This document shows, one piece after another, positions 46,003 to 54,325 of a DNA stretch of 64,000 bases (positions are counted from its first letter, which is position 1; every line of letters starts with the position of its first letter). The notes under the pieces are model-generated. The model saw only the letters and a program-made list of their open reading frames with translations. It did no database searches and was not told where the DNA came from. The stretch is from Gaiellaceae bacterium (lineage in GTDB: Bacteria; Actinomycetota; Thermoleophilia; Gaiellales; Gaiellaceae): positions 30,908 to 94,907 of the forward strand of contig JBJMKF010000016.1 of assembly GCA_045805965.1 (NCBI GenBank), written 5' to 3'. The position numbers were made by a program, and so were the translations under genes.

Positions 46003-46559
46003 TCGCCGAGCACCTTGAAGGCGTTCCAGAACGCCGTCTTCGCCGGCTGCTCGTCGAGCGAGGAGTCGATGTCGGGCGTGACGAGCCCCTGGATCGTCGG
46101 CGTGTACTCCTGGAGCTCGCCCTCGGCCGGCTTCAACTCGCGCGAGAGCGGGAAGCGTGCCGCGTTGAGGAAGTCGAGCGCGGACGGGCCCATCGCGACC
46201 ACGAGCTTCGGCTGCACGATGTGCAGCTCGCGCAGGAGGTACGGCTGCGACTCCTCCTCGTCGCCTCCGGCGAACTTGAGGCAGTTCGTCCCGTAGATCG
46301 CCATCGGGTCGACGTGCAGGCGCTGCAGGGACTTGAGGAGCGCGTTGCCGGCGCGACCGTAGAAGGCGACGCCCTCCTGCAGCTCCGATGACTGCGGCGC
46401 GTACTTGAGGAGGAAGACGTCCGCCAGCGGATGGCCCGAGCCGAGCACGGGAACCCGCGCCCCGCCCGCGGCTTGCGCAAGCTCGTCACCGAGAGCGTTG
46501 CTCTCGGTGATCGCCTTTTGCAGGTATTTCTCGTAGATCTCGTCGTTCGCCACGGTCAC
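45975..46559 (-). CDS. Uracil-DNA-glycosylase-superfamily-like protein with divergent motifs
   Basis: GTG start. VPVLGSGHPLADVFLLKYAPQSSELQEGVAFYGRAGNALLKSL...KLVVAMGPSALDFL follows the family-4/5 fold layout. The GE[AQ]PG and HPS motifs are not conserved. Confidence 0.5.
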   Translation of the reverse strand: MTVANDEIYEKYLQKAITESNALGDELAQAAGGARVPVLGSGHPLADVFLLKYAPQSSELQEGVAFYGRAGNALLKSLQRLHVDPMAIYGTNCLKFAGGDEEESQPYLLRELHIVQPKLVVAMGPSALDFLNAARFPLSRELKPAEGELQEYTPTIQGLVTPDIDSSLDEQPAKTAFWNAFKVLGEWWSETPPY

Positions 46560-46739
46560 AGATTGCCCCGGGAGAAAGGTTCGGGATCAGCGCACCCGTT
46601 CCTTGGCCCGTCCGGCCGGAAGATCCGGCCGTGCTCGTTCGATCGGCTCGGCGAGGGGTCGCGGCTGAGGCGCCAGTTCGAGCTGCGCTTGGAGGGGCCG
46701 GAGATGTTGATTCGTGCGCCGGTTCCTGCCCGCTGCTCG

Positions 46740-48467
46740 TTAGCGCACCCGCTCCTTGGCCTGGGCGACCCACTTGAGACCCTGGAGATAGACGAGCGAC
46801 TTCGGGCGACGGAGCACCTCGGCGTCGTGAAGTGAGACGAGGAACTCCTCGGGGCCGCTGAAACGGCGCATCCGGACGGCGCCCGTGCCGACCCCGGCGA
46901 GTACGTGGGCGTCTGATCCGGCGCCCGGCGTGAGGTTGTACTTGCGGGCGAAGCGAAGCGCTTCCTCGTTGTACGCCTCGAAGAGGAGCCGGGCGTTGTA
47001 GACCTCGAGCACGTCGATCTCCGCCAGATGGCGGTGCAGCGTGGCCGGCTCAGGGATCGCGTGCAAGCGGTCGAACGGGTGCGGGAGGTAGACGAGGCCG
47101 CCCTGCGCGCGGATGGCGGCAATGGTCTCGCCGAAGGACATGCCTCGCGGGATCTCTTCCCGCAGGAAGAGCCCGATCACCTCTCCTTGGTCGGCCGTCT
47201 TCACCTCCTCGCCCGGAATGACGACGACGCGGCGGCTGCGAGCGCGTTCCACTGCCTCGAGCGCGCCGCCGAAAACGTTGTGGTCGGTGACCGCGATCGC
47301 GCCGAGCCCCTGTGCCTCGGCGTGGTCGAGCAGCTCGTCGACGTCGATCGAGCAGTCGTGCGACCAGCTCGTGTGCAGGTGGAGGTCGGCGATCACCCAG
47401 TCGCGCTCCTCGAGCGGTCGGCGGGAGGCCGGGGCACGCCGCCGCGAGGCGAGCCGCTCGTACACCTCTTCGACGTGGTCGGCGAGGGATCCGACCGTCT
47501 GCGACCCAGCCGCCGTGAGTCCTTCGGCCGCCCGCCGGGCACGGAAGTCCTCGTCCTCGATCATCCGCGCCGTCTCGGCGGCGGCGAGCTCAGGCTGCGC
47601 GTCGCGCCCCGGCGGAGCGGCGATCGCGGCGCCGGCAGTCTGCGCCTCGGCGATCAGGCGCGGTAGCCCGTCGACGGAGGGAACGAAAATCGCGGCGGAA
47701 GGGAGCAGTTCCGCGCGGGTGCTGCCGGTGCGGGCGGTGCGGACTCGCATCCGTCCTCTGAGCCGCGGGGAGACTGCAGGCCGGGAGGCGGGCGTGCGGA
47801 TCCGCAGCAGCACGAGCTCCCAACCGGGCTGTTGCGCGAGCTCGCGCACGAGGGCCCGCAGGAGCGGCCTCTCGGTCTGTCGCCACTCCATTACTACGAG
47901 CTTCTTCTTCGTGGCAGGGGCGAACAGCTCGGGATCGATCCCGTGCGGCACGAGCTCGTAGCGGCCGGGAAAGCGGGTCGCGGCGGCTTCGGCGACTTCC
48001 TCGTTCGTCGCGAGCAGTGCGTCGACGCGGCCCAGTAGGCGCTCGCGCTGCGCGCGCCCCGGGGGATAGCCGAGGCGTTCGTGCGAGAAGAACGTCGCAG
48101 CCGTCAGCGCCGCCGAGTCGCGGAGAGCCAGATACGACAGGCTGGGCAGGCCCGGCTCGAATCCGTGCACGACGTCGAACCGACCCCGGGCGAGAGCCAG
48201 CGAAAGGCTCGCCCGGACTCCGACCGGGACGCCCATTCGGCTGCGGCGCGAGATCGGCACGGCTGGGCCGAGGGCGATCAGCTCCTGGTCGTCGAAGGTT
48301 CCCAATAGGGCGCGCCGCCCGGCCGCGAGGTCGCGCGCGCGGTTCGAGGGAGCCAGCACGGTGACTTCGTGCTTGCGGGTGCGCAGCTCACGCGCAAGCC
48401 CGTCCACGTGCTCGTTGACGTCGTGCGGCTGCGACCAGGCGAACGGCGTGACGAGCGCGATCCGCAC
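46740..48467 (-). CDS. GT4 glycosyltransferase (PimA-like) fused to a C-terminal PHP-family phosphoesterase domain
   Basis: MRIALVTPFAWSQPHDVNEHVDGLARELRTRKHEVTVLAP is a GT-B N-terminus. From about residue 345: DWVIADLHLHTSWSHDCS...AIAVTDHN...PGEEV...LPHPFD...GSDAH, the PHP metal-ligand pattern. Confidence 0.8.
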   Translation of the reverse strand: MRIALVTPFAWSQPHDVNEHVDGLARELRTRKHEVTVLAPSNRARDLAAGRRALLGTFDDQELIALGPAVPISRRSRMGVPVGVRASLSLALARGRFDVVHGFEPGLPSLSYLALRDSAALTAATFFSHERLGYPPGRAQRERLLGRVDALLATNEEVAEAAATRFPGRYELVPHGIDPELFAPATKKKLVVMEWRQTERPLLRALVRELAQQPGWELVLLRIRTPASRPAVSPRLRGRMRVRTARTGSTRAELLPSAAIFVPSVDGLPRLIAEAQTAGAAIAAPPGRDAQPELAAAETARMIEDEDFRARRAAEGLTAAGSQTVGSLADHVEEVYERLASRRRAPASRRPLEERDWVIADLHLHTSWSHDCSIDVDELLDHAEAQGLGAIAVTDHNVFGGALEAVERARSRRVVVIPGEEVKTADQGEVIGLFLREEIPRGMSFGETIAAIRAQGGLVYLPHPFDRLHAIPEPATLHRHLAEIDVLEVYNARLLFEAYNEEALRFARKYNLTPGAGSDAHVLAGVGTGAVRMRRFSGPEEFLVSLHDAEVLRRPKSLVYLQGLKWVAQAKERVR

Positions 48468-48478
48468 GCTGATCGAGT

Positions 48479-49276
48479 CTAGTGCTCCTCGAGCTCGAGC
48501 AACATCTCGTGCTGACGAACGACGACCGTCGCGCCGAGCGAGCGAAATGCCGTCGCGGCCGGGTCGTCGTCGGGCAGATTGAGGATGCTGACCGGTCCGA
48601 GGCTTCGAAGCCCACGAAGCAGTGGCGCCGCGTCGCCGGCGATCTGGACGACTTGGAGGTTCTCGCCGGGCTGTCGGTAGACGGCCGCGCCCCCGTCAGT
48701 GACGAGCCCGCGCGCGTCGTCGTAGTGGGCGAGGCTCGCGTCGGCGCGCTGCCACGGCTCACGCTCCGTTCGCCGCTCGCGGACCTTCTCGTGAGCTTCT
48801 GCGGCCGGGACTTCACGCGCCGCCGGCTCGCCGTCTTCTGCGGCGGAGAGCGACCAGACCTCGACGTCGCGAAGAGTCCGGTAGCCGAGTTTCTCGTAGA
48901 GCGCGAAGGCACCGGTGTTCTCGACGATCACCTCGAGCCACACGCGCCGGATGCAGCGCTCCCGCGCCTGCTCGTGCAGCGCGCGCATGAGCGTCTCGCC
49001 CACACCCGTCCGGCGCGCGGTGGTAACCACCCCGACGCCGCCGATCCAGGCGTCCTCCCCACGAATACCGAGATTGCCGAGCCCCACAGCCTCCCCGTCG
49101 CGGAAGGCGATTCGCGAGGCGTCGGCATCGAGATCGAACGCCTCGCGCATCGCCGCGACGGTGTCCTCGTCGATGTGAAACGGAATGAGGTAGCCCTCGT
49201 ACGCAGCGTTGAAGAGCGCCGCGTACTCGGCGAGGCCGAGCGAGCGCGCCGGCAGGAGCGCCAGTTCGTCGGTCAC
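48479..49276 (-). CDS. GNAT-family acetyltransferase with an extra C-terminal domain
   Basis: GTG 49276 (VTDELALLPARSL...). WIGGVGVVTTARRTGVGETLMRALHEQARERCIRRVWLEVIVENTGAFALYEKLGY. Confidence 0.7.
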   Translation of the reverse strand: MTDELALLPARSLGLAEYAALFNAAYEGYLIPFHIDEDTVAAMREAFDLDADASRIAFRDGEAVGLGNLGIRGEDAWIGGVGVVTTARRTGVGETLMRALHEQARERCIRRVWLEVIVENTGAFALYEKLGYRTLRDVEVWSLSAAEDGEPAAREVPAAEAHEKVRERRTEREPWQRADASLAHYDDARGLVTDGGAAVYRQPGENLQVVQIAGDAAPLLRGLRSLGPVSILNLPDDDPAATAFRSLGATVVVRQHEMLLELEEH

Positions 49277-49416
49277 GCTAGGTCTCGCAGATTCCCGGCG
49301 TGCGGAAGACGAGCAGACCGACGGCGCAGGCAAGCGCCGGTTACCGTCGCCAGGATCGGGACGAGGACCGCGAGCGGTGTCAGCAACCTCCCCGCCGCCA
49401 CCGCCCGCGTGACCAT
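49273..49416 (-). CDS. Candidate 47-aa membrane micro-protein
   Basis: Below the ORF-track length cutoff. ATG 49416 lies 6 nt after the ino1 stop. MVTRAVAAGRLLTPLAVLVPILATVTGACLRRRSARLPHAGNLRDLA. Its TGA overlaps the GNAT GTG start (GTGA). Confidence 0.3.
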   Translation of the reverse strand: MVTRAVAAGRLLTPLAVLVPILATVTGACLRRRSARLPHAGNLRDLA

Positions 49417-49422
49417 CGGCTC

Positions 49423-50565
49423 TTAGACCTCTGCCGGAGCCTCGTGCTTCGCGGCGACGCGTGCGTTCTCGCGGATGAACTCCTCGGTCAGCTCGTACGC
49501 CTCGTCGTCGACGATCTGCTTCGGCGGCGACTTCATGAGGTACGAGCTCGGGCCGATGAGCGCGCCCGAGACGCCATTGTTGAGCGCGAGCTTCGAGAGG
49601 CGGACAGCGTCGATCACGATTCCGGCCGAGTTGGGTGAGTCCCAGACCTCGAGCTTGAGCTCGACGTTGAGCGGGACGTCGCCGAACGACGAGCCCTCCA
49701 TTCGGATGTAAGCCCACTTGCGGTCGGTCAGCCACGGCACGTAGTCGGAGGGGCCGACATGGACGTTCCCGGGGCCGAGGTCGTAGTCGAGCATCGACGT
49801 AACGGCGTTCGTTTTCGAGATCTTCTTCGACTCGAGGCGCTCCCGCTCGAGCATGTTGAGGAAGTCGGAGTTGCCGCCGACGTTGAGCTGCATCGTCTTG
49901 TCGAGATGCACGCCGCGCTCGCGGAAGAGCGAGGTCAGCACACGGTGCGTGATCGTGGCGCCGACCTGCGACTTGATGTCGTCGCCGATGATCGGCAAGC
50001 CCTTCTCCGTGAACCGCTTGCCCCAGTAGTCCTCGCGGGCGATGAAGACCGGCATGCAGTTCACCATCGCGCAGCCGGCCTCGAGGATCTGCTCGGCGTA
50101 CCACTTGGTCGCCGCCTCGGAGCCCACCGGGAGGTAGTTGACGACGACATCGGTCTTCGTCTCCTTGAGGATCCCAACCACGTCGTCCGTCTTACCGTGC
50201 GCCTTTTCGACGACCTGAGACAGGTACTTGCCGAGGCCGTCGTGCGTCATGCCGCGCGAGACCTTGACGCCGGTCTGCGGCACATCGGCGAACTTGATCG
50301 TGTCGTTCGGATGCGCCCACATCGCTTCGGCGAGATCCTCGCCGACCTTGCCTTTGACGACGTCGAAGGCGGCGGTGAACTCCACGTCCCGGACGTGGTA
50401 GCCGCCGAGGTTGACGTGCATGAGGCCCGGCACGAACTGGTCGTCGGGCGCGTCCTTGTAGTACTCGACGCCCTGGAGCAGCGAGTTCGCGCAGTTCCCG
50501 ACGCCGATGATCGCGACGCGGACCTTGCCGTCGTCGAGCCTTGCCCTACCGTTCGTTGCTGCCAC
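49423..50565 (-). CDS. ino1: myo-Inositol-1-phosphate synthase
   Basis: GTG 50565 after [30 protein letters not shown]...[10 protein letters not shown]...[13 protein letters not shown]...[10 protein letters not shown]...SKKISKT. Confidence 0.9.
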   Translation of the reverse strand: MAATNGRARLDDGKVRVAIIGVGNCANSLLQGVEYYKDAPDDQFVPGLMHVNLGGYHVRDVEFTAAFDVVKGKVGEDLAEAMWAHPNDTIKFADVPQTGVKVSRGMTHDGLGKYLSQVVEKAHGKTDDVVGILKETKTDVVVNYLPVGSEAATKWYAEQILEAGCAMVNCMPVFIAREDYWGKRFTEKGLPIIGDDIKSQVGATITHRVLTSLFRERGVHLDKTMQLNVGGNSDFLNMLERERLESKKISKTNAVTSMLDYDLGPGNVHVGPSDYVPWLTDRKWAYIRMEGSSFGDVPLNVELKLEVWDSPNSAGIVIDAVRLSKLALNNGVSGALIGPSSYLMKSPPKQIVDDEAYELTEEFIRENARVAAKHEAPAEV

Positions 50566-51208
50566 TGGTTCCTCCAGAAAGTTGCTTGCGGACGTGCAGG
50601 ATGCGCTGGACGACCGTGAGCCAGGCGGTCGCCGCCAGCGCGACGATCGCCCAGGGCAGGCCGCCCCATGGCGCGAAGATGAGACCGGCGGTGATGAGCA
50701 CGACGCGCTCCGCGCGCGAGCCCAGGCCGACGTCGCCGCGCAATCCAAGTGCCTCTGCGCGGGCGCGGGTATAGGAAACAAGGAAGGAACCGACGACTGC
50801 CACGACCGCGAGCACGACCGCCCAGTCCTTCCCGTGTCGCGAGAAGACGAGCGCGATCGCGGCGAGCATCGCGCCCTCTCCGACCCGGTCTGTCGTGGAG
50901 TCGATGAACGCCCCGAACGGGGTGGTCTTGCCGCCAACGCGAGCGAGGGCGCCGTCGAGGATGTCGAGCAGCGAGCCGACCACGAAAGTGCCGGCGGCCA
51001 GCCAGAAGAAGAGGAGCGTTCCGTGATCCTCGAACGGAACGAGGATCGCAGCCGCCAGGCAAAGCGAGACGCCGGTGGCCGTGAGGACGTTCGGCGTGAC
51101 GCCGGTGCGGGCGAGGCTCGTGACCGAGCGGCTTGCGAGGGAGCGCGCTCCACTCGTGTAGCCATGCTTGACGCGGCGGAGCCTGGGGGTCGCGTTCATC
51201 TCCAACAT
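50546..51208 (-). CDS. CDP-alcohol phosphatidyltransferase family protein (PIP-synthase or DIPP-synthase type)
   Basis: [30 protein letters not shown] matches D-G-x2-A-R-x8-G-x3-D-x3-D. Overlaps the ino1 start by 20 nt. The start is ATG 51208 or 51199. Confidence 0.85.
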   Translation of the reverse strand: MLEMNATPRLRRVKHGYTSGARSLASRSVTSLARTGVTPNVLTATGVSLCLAAAILVPFEDHGTLLFFWLAAGTFVVGSLLDILDGALARVGGKTTPFGAFIDSTTDRVGEGAMLAAIALVFSRHGKDWAVVLAVVAVVGSFLVSYTRARAEALGLRGDVGLGSRAERVVLITAGLIFAPWGGLPWAIVALAATAWLTVVQRILHVRKQLSGGTSGSNER

Positions 51209-51227
51209 AGCATTCCTGCTATGTCGA

Positions 51228-51983
51228 CTATAGCAGGTTTGCGATAGCGGGGCCAAGCCCGCGAACACGCTCGAGAAGCCGTGGCGACCACGCTGTAGCG
51301 AGCAGCGCGGTGACTGCGACGCCGATCCCCGCGACGACGTCGAGGAGGTAGTGGTTCGCGGTCGCGACGACGCAGAACCAGACCCAGAGAGGCCAGAGCG
51401 CCCAGAGCGTCTTCGCCCAGACCGTCCTCGAGGTGGACACGAGGAACCAGCCAACGATGAGCGCGTCCGCCGCATGCAGGCTCGGCATCGCCGCGTACGG
51501 ATTGCCCAGCGTCTTCAGAAGCGCGCTCGAATGATTGACGCCGTCGACGAATCCCATGTGCGGGAACATCCAGGGCGGTGCGGTCGGCATCAGAGCGAAG
51601 CCGAGGAGCCCGATGAGGTTGGCGAGCAGAATCGTGTTCCGGAAGCGGCTGAAGCCTTCGTGCCGGCGGAGGTAGACCCAGAGCAGTGCCAGGCCGATCA
51701 CGGTGAACTCCGAGTTCCAGTATGTCCACGCCGCAGCGGTTATGAGCAGAGAGGAGGAGTCGGCGACGCGCTCCACGGTCAGCTCGAAGAGGTGATGCGT
51801 CATCCGTTGCTCGAGCGAGATCACGCGCAGCCCGTTCCCGAGAGCCTTGCCCGGGGTTGCGTACGTGAGGTGCCTGACCCCGAGGTACGAGAAGTAGAAC
51901 CCGAACCAGATGACGAGTTGGATTCCGAAGTGCCGCCAACCGCGCGGCAACACACGACGTCCCAGCGCCGCGACTCGCTCCAT
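51228..51983 (-). CDS. PAP2-superfamily membrane protein (PAP2_3 / AUR1-IPC-synthase-like)
   Basis: Multi-TM protein. YAAMPSLHAADALIV and VVATANHYLLDVVAG resemble the PAP2 C2/C3 motifs (SxH ... H-x3-D). Confidence 0.7.
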   Translation of the reverse strand: MERVAALGRRVLPRGWRHFGIQLVIWFGFYFSYLGVRHLTYATPGKALGNGLRVISLEQRMTHHLFELTVERVADSSSLLITAAAWTYWNSEFTVIGLALLWVYLRRHEGFSRFRNTILLANLIGLLGFALMPTAPPWMFPHMGFVDGVNHSSALLKTLGNPYAAMPSLHAADALIVGWFLVSTSRTVWAKTLWALWPLWVWFCVVATANHYLLDVVAGIGVAVTALLATAWSPRLLERVRGLGPAIANLL

Positions 51984-52025
51984 GGAGCAACTCTAATCCT
52001 TGGGGTTACAGGAAGGCCACGGTGA

Positions 52026-53045
52026 CTATCCGCCGATGTACGACATCTCGACCTTCGGCACCGACGCCGTCTCCGCGGTTCGCAGCTCGGAGTAACGGTC
52101 GGTGCGGCGGGTCCAGATCGCGCGGAGCTGCTCGGCGACCTCCTCGTCGGACGCACCGAGGCGCAGCGGCGCGCGGAGATCGTGGCCGCGGGCTGCGAAG
52201 AGGCAGGTGTAGAGCCGTCCTTCTGCCGAGAGCCGCGCACGGGAGCAGGCGCCGCAGAACGGTTGCGTGACCGACGCGACGACGCCGATCTCGCCGGCGC
52301 CGTCGGCGTAGCGCCAGCGGCGCGCGGTCGCGTCCGGGCGCTCAAGTGCGACTGGTTCGAGTGGCCAGCGCTCCGAGATGCGCCGCACGATCTCGTCTGC
52401 GCTGACGACGTCTTCGAGTCGCCACCCGTTGCTCGAGCCAACATCCATGTACTCGATGAAGCGCAGCCCGTGCCCGCTGCCGCGGAAGTGCTCCGCGAGG
52501 GCGAGGACATCGCCGTCGTTCGCGCCTCGCTTGACGACCGCGTTGACCTTCACGGGCAGCCCGGCCGACGCGGCTGCGTCGATTCCCTCGAGCACGCGCT
52601 GCACCGGGAAGTCGACGTCGTTCATCGCGCGGAAGGCCCCGTCGTCGAGGGAGTCGAGGCTGACTGTGACGCGGTTCAAGCCGGCTGCGGCAAGAGCCTC
52701 GGCCTTTTGAGTGAGGAGCGAGCCGTTGGTCGTCAGCGCGAGCTCGAGCCGATTGCCTTCCCGCGTTTCGATTGCAGCGAGCAGGTCGACGAGGTGCTCG
52801 ACGTTGCGGCGAACCAGGGGCTCGCCGCCTGTGATGCGCACCGTGCGGACGCCGAGGCCGGCGAAGATGCCGACGACGCGCGCGAGCTCCTCGAGCGTGA
52901 GCAGCTCGCGGCGCTCGAGGAACGCGTAGTCGCGGCCGAAGACCTCCTTCGGCATGCAGTAGACGCAGCGGAAGTTGCACCGGTCGGTGATCGAGATTCG
53001 CAGCGTCTCGAGCGGGCGCCCGAGCCGGTCGAGGAGCGGTTCCAT
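52026..53045 (-). CDS. moaA: GTP 3',8-cyclase MoaA (radical SAM)
   Basis: LRISITDRCNFRCVYCMP; C-terminal FCGACSRARLSAEG second cluster. Confidence 0.9.
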   Translation of the reverse strand: MEPLLDRLGRPLETLRISITDRCNFRCVYCMPKEVFGRDYAFLERRELLTLEELARVVGIFAGLGVRTVRITGGEPLVRRNVEHLVDLLAAIETREGNRLELALTTNGSLLTQKAEALAAAGLNRVTVSLDSLDDGAFRAMNDVDFPVQRVLEGIDAAASAGLPVKVNAVVKRGANDGDVLALAEHFRGSGHGLRFIEYMDVGSSNGWRLEDVVSADEIVRRISERWPLEPVALERPDATARRWRYADGAGEIGVVASVTQPFCGACSRARLSAEGRLYTCLFAARGHDLRAPLRLGASDEEVAEQLRAIWTRRTDRYSELRTAETASVPKVEMSYIGG

Positions 53046-53061
53046 GCCCTCAGTATGCGCG

Positions 53062-54318
53062 TTACTGCCCGGCCCACACCCGTGCGAGCTCGACGAGCGT
53101 CGCGGCGGCCAGGCCCATGTCCTCGATGCAGATCCACTCGCGCTCGCTGTGTGCGTCGTGGCCGCCCGTGAAGACGTTCGCCGTGGGCAGACCCATCTCG
53201 GTCAGCGCGGAGCCGTCGGTTCCACCGCGGATCGCCGTTTGCCTCGGCTCGAGTCCGACGCGGCGAATCGCCTCCTCGAGGTTGGCCACGATCTCCGGAT
53301 ACCGCGCGAGCCCATCTCTCGTGTTGAGGTACTGGATGCGATCCTCGACCTCGATCGAGCAGCGAGGTTCGGCAGCGCCGACCTCCTCCGCGAGAGCACG
53401 CAGGAAGGCGACATGCTCGGCAAGGCGGTCGTTCTCGAAATCGCGGGCGATGAAGCGCAGCTCGACCTCGGTGGAGTCGCCCTCGACAAGCGCAGGGTGG
53501 ACGTATCCCTCGCGTCCCGCGCTCGTCTCGGGCGAAAGCCTGTCCTGCGGCAGCCGAGAGAGGATCTCGTTGGCAACCTTGATCGCGTTCACGAGCTCAC
53601 CCTTGGCCCAGCCGGGATGGATCGAGCGGCCATGGATGCGCATGCGCACCTGCGCGGCGGAGAAGGTCTCCGACTGCAACTCGCCGGCCGTGGAGCCGTC
53701 GACCGTGTAGGCGGCTGCCGCACCGAAGGTCTCGACCGGGAAATGGATGACGCCGCGGCCGACTTCCTCGTCGGGGTTGAAGGCGATCTTGACGGTTCCG
53801 TGCGGGATTTCGGGCCGCGCGGCGAGATAGGCCACCGCGGCCATGATCTCGGCGACGCCTGCCTTGTCGTCGGCCCCGAGGAGCGTCGTGCCGTCGGTCG
53901 TGATCAGCTCGTGTCCGAGGTGGTTCGCGAGCTCCGGCGATTGCTCGGGCCGGATCGACTGTCCAGAGGTGCCGAGCGGGATCTCGCCGCCGTCGTACTG
54001 CACATGTTGTGGCGAGACGTTGGCGCCGGTCACCTCGCGAGCCGTGTCGGCGTGGGCGAACAGGGCGATGGTAGGGACGTCCTCGTCGACAGTGGCCGGC
54101 AGGGTCGCAGTCACATAGCCATGCCGGTCGATCGCCGCGTCGACGAGCCCCACGTCCTCGAGCTCGTCGCGCAGCAGCCGAAGCAGGTCGAGCTGCTTCT
54201 CCGTGCTCGGGTACGTCTCCGAGTCCTCGTCGGACTGCGTATCGATGCGGACGTAGCGAAGGAAGCGCTCGGCGGCGTCCTCGGCGAGCTGGGCGGCGAG
54301 CGTCGTCTCCGCAGGCAT
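53062..54318 (-). CDS. pepT: Peptidase T (tripeptide aminopeptidase, M20B)
   Basis: ERFLRYVRIDTQSDEDSETYPSTEKQLDLLRLLRDELEDVGL...ALFAHADTA...GADDKAGVAEIM...NPDEEVG. Confidence 0.85.
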   Translation of the reverse strand: MPAETTLAAQLAEDAAERFLRYVRIDTQSDEDSETYPSTEKQLDLLRLLRDELEDVGLVDAAIDRHGYVTATLPATVDEDVPTIALFAHADTAREVTGANVSPQHVQYDGGEIPLGTSGQSIRPEQSPELANHLGHELITTDGTTLLGADDKAGVAEIMAAVAYLAARPEIPHGTVKIAFNPDEEVGRGVIHFPVETFGAAAAYTVDGSTAGELQSETFSAAQVRMRIHGRSIHPGWAKGELVNAIKVANEILSRLPQDRLSPETSAGREGYVHPALVEGDSTEVELRFIARDFENDRLAEHVAFLRALAEEVGAAEPRCSIEVEDRIQYLNTRDGLARYPEIVANLEEAIRRVGLEPRQTAIRGGTDGSALTEMGLPTANVFTGGHDAHSEREWICIEDMGLAAATLVELARVWAGQ

Positions 54319-54325
54319 CGCGCGA

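Noticed and set aside
53046-53061. Moco riboswitch upstream of moaA.
   Set aside because: Only 16 nt separate moaA from the pepT stop, which leaves no room for the ~130-nt Moco RNA motif.
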